64,000 nucleotides of DNA from Octopus bimaculoides (lineage: Eukaryota). A model generated the notes under the pieces. It was not told the origin of the DNA. It was given only the letters and a program-made list of their open reading frames with translations, and did no database searches. The position numbers were made by a program, and so were the translations under genes. Shown here one piece after another: positions 62,067 to 64,000 of the stretch; position 1 is the stretch's first letter; each line of letters opens with the position of its first letter. The stretch is taken from contig NC_068981.1 of the NCBI RefSeq assembly GCF_001194135.2, positions 38,078,263 through 38,142,262 of the forward strand, in the 5' to 3' direction.

Positions 62067-63323
62067 TCAGGTCATCAAGTATGAAATTTATAGAAAAGAA
62101 AAAAGTTTACTAATGTTTTATAAATACAAGGAAAAGTTTTTTTCATCAAAGTATGCACCCATATTGTCAATACACTTCTGCCACTTCAGCGGTAGCTGGT
62201 CCAACCCAGAACTGTAAAAGCCTGGCAACCTAGAGTCAATAAAATCTTGGAAGGCCTGTTTTACAGCATTGTCGGAATTAAATTTTTTTTCCTATCAAAA
62301 AGTAATCGAAATTCTTGAAGAAGTGGTAGTCAGTGGGGGTAAGACCAGGTGAGTATAGTGGATGATGGAGAACTTCCAAATCCAACTCCTGTAGTTTCAC
62401 CAATGTCATTTTTGCAATGTGTGATCAGGTGTTGTCTTGCAATAAAATAGGAATGGATCTGTTGACTAATCTAGGCTATTTTCTTGTAAGCTTCTGCATC
62501 ATTTGGTCCAATTGGCAGTAGTATACTTCTGCTACAATTGATGAGCCAGGTTTAATGAAATCATAATGGATCACACCTGTGCCAGACCACCAAACACACA
62601 CCATCGGCTTCTTTCAATGAATTTTGCTTTTTGGACTGTATTTTGGTGGCTAATCTTTGTCCAGCCATTGTACTGAACGCTTACAGTTGTTGTATTGGAT
62701 CCATTTCTCATCATATGTTGCAATTCCATTAAAAAATGATCCATTTTTGTAACATAATGCTCTTTCTGATTTCCTTTGAGTTCATGTGGAACCCAATTAT
62801 CCAACTTTTTCACTTTACTGATTTGAATTAGGTGAGTCAATATTATTTGCCTGCTAACACAAAACAACAACAATAATTCATAGGCACTTTGAGATGGATC
62901 TGACCCAACGGTGGCTTTCAGTTCGTCATTATCCATCTTTCTTTCTGGTCGACTTGCGTTGCTCATTTGTGAGGTCAAAGTTACCAGAACGAAATTTTGC
63001 AAACCAATTTGATACTGTCTGTTGTGTAATAACATTAGAATGAAATACTCCATTAATATTCTGAGCTGTCTGTGATACTGTATTTCCTAGAAAGAACTCA
63101 TATTTCAAAACTGTACGAATTTCTGACTTATCCATCTCTAAACAAAAATAGCAAAATCGATTTATAGATACTTTATAAAGCACAAAATGAATTAGAATAA
63201 AGAAATAGATGCGTCAGCTTTCTAACAAAAAATAAAGATTGTCAAAATATAATAATGGCACAAAATTAGCAGCTGGCAAAATTTACCTATGCCTTACTAC
63301 AAATTTCATACTTGACAAACTAA
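62067..63323 (-). mobile_element. Full-length (~1.26 kb) mariner element
   Basis: Inverted ends TCAGGTCATCAAGTATGAAATTTATAG (62067-62093) and TTAGTTTGTCAAGTATGAAATTTGTAG (reverse, 63297-63323). Confidence 0.88.
62135..63135 (-). pseudogene. mariner transposase (DD34D), disrupted
   Basis: MDKSEIRTVLKYEF…WFAKFRSGNFDL, WVPHEL, LLQDNT*SH…HPLYSPGLTPTDYHFF (34 residues from D to D), KWQKCIDNMGAYF; frameshifts and stops. Confidence 0.92.
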
Positions 63324-63344
63324 TGTATATATATGTATATCATC

Positions 63345-63480
63345 ACCATCATCATCATCGTTATCATCAACGTCAGCATCATTTTACTTCCCATTTTCCC
63401 ATGATTACACTGGGTGAACGAAATTTATTGAGGCAGGTTTTATACAAGACGACCTTCCTGTCACCAGCCCTCAGCTATTT
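63345..63480 (-). mobile_element. Older RTE-tail-like repeat with (ATC)n
   Basis: catcatcatc..cattttacttcccattttcccatga..ctgggt..ccttcctgtcaccagccc resembles the RTE tail; diverged. Confidence 0.4.
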
Positions 63481-63650
63481 TTAAGTACATATGCGTGTAT
63501 NNNNNNNNNNNNNNNNNNNNNNNNNNNNNNNNNNNNNNNNNNNNNNNNNNNNNNNNNNNNNNNNNNNNNNNNNNNNNNNNNNNNNNNNNNNNNNNNNNNN
63601 NNNNNNNNNNNNNNNNNNNNNNNNNNNNNNNNNNNNNNNNNNNNNNNNNN

Positions 63651-63836
63651 ACGTGTCACTCGCACGAAGGCCAGTCAGGCGGTACTGGCAACGGCCACGC
63701 TCATCTCGCTCAAAAAACCTCATGTGTCACCCGCACATGAGCCAGTCCAGGGGCACCGGCAACGATCTCGCTTGAAAGAATTCATGTGTCGCCCGCACAT
63801 GAGCCAGTCCAGGGGCACTGGCAACGATCTCGCTCA
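63651..63836 (-). mobile_element. RTE 3' UTR internal tandem units next to a gap
   Basis: gccagtcaggcggtactggcaacggccacgctc followed by two 62-bp units catgtgtc.cccgcacatgagccagtccaggggcac.ggcaacgatctcgct, homologous to 12275-12460. Confidence 0.8.
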
Positions 63837-64000
63837 TATATATATATATATATATATATACAAATATAAATGTACTTGGAAATTATGTATATGGTTTGCT
63901 TCTTTTATAACACATCACTCAGAAGAAATCAAATGTAGCAGTATTATATATGGAGATTTATTCAGGACTGGAATTAATAAACAGAATAACAATTTATGAT

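Overview
AT-rich, repeat-dense animal genomic DNA from a gapped assembly (nine N-runs, most flanked by microsatellites or repeat copies). The SINE/LINE families look like those I recall from octopus genomes, but the organism is an inference. I could not recognise any intact host protein-coding gene; most entries in the ORF track are microsatellite, N-gap or decayed-transposon read-throughs. Supported content: many tRNA-derived SINE copies of at least three families; RTE-clade LINEs, including a 1.8 kb 5'-truncated copy with a PHD-like C4HC3 finger inside ORF2 and several 3'-UTR/tail copies ending in (GAT)n; CR1-like fragments; two restriction-like-endonuclease (R2-superfamily) LINE fragments abutting microsatellites; a full-length decayed Tc1 (DD34E, IR/DR ends) 50 bp from a full-length decayed mariner (DD34D); and MITEs. 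The main signal not shown by the ORF track is a set of type I hammerhead ribozyme motifs. Two are near-canonical (24475-24533 +, 46908-46981 -), one is decayed and lies inside a long inverted repeat (20421-20459 +), and one near-canonical orphan (11202-11257 -) lies just upstream of, and antisense to, a cluster of candidate + strand exons (11325-13701) of unknown product. The hammerheads most likely come from Penelope-like elements.
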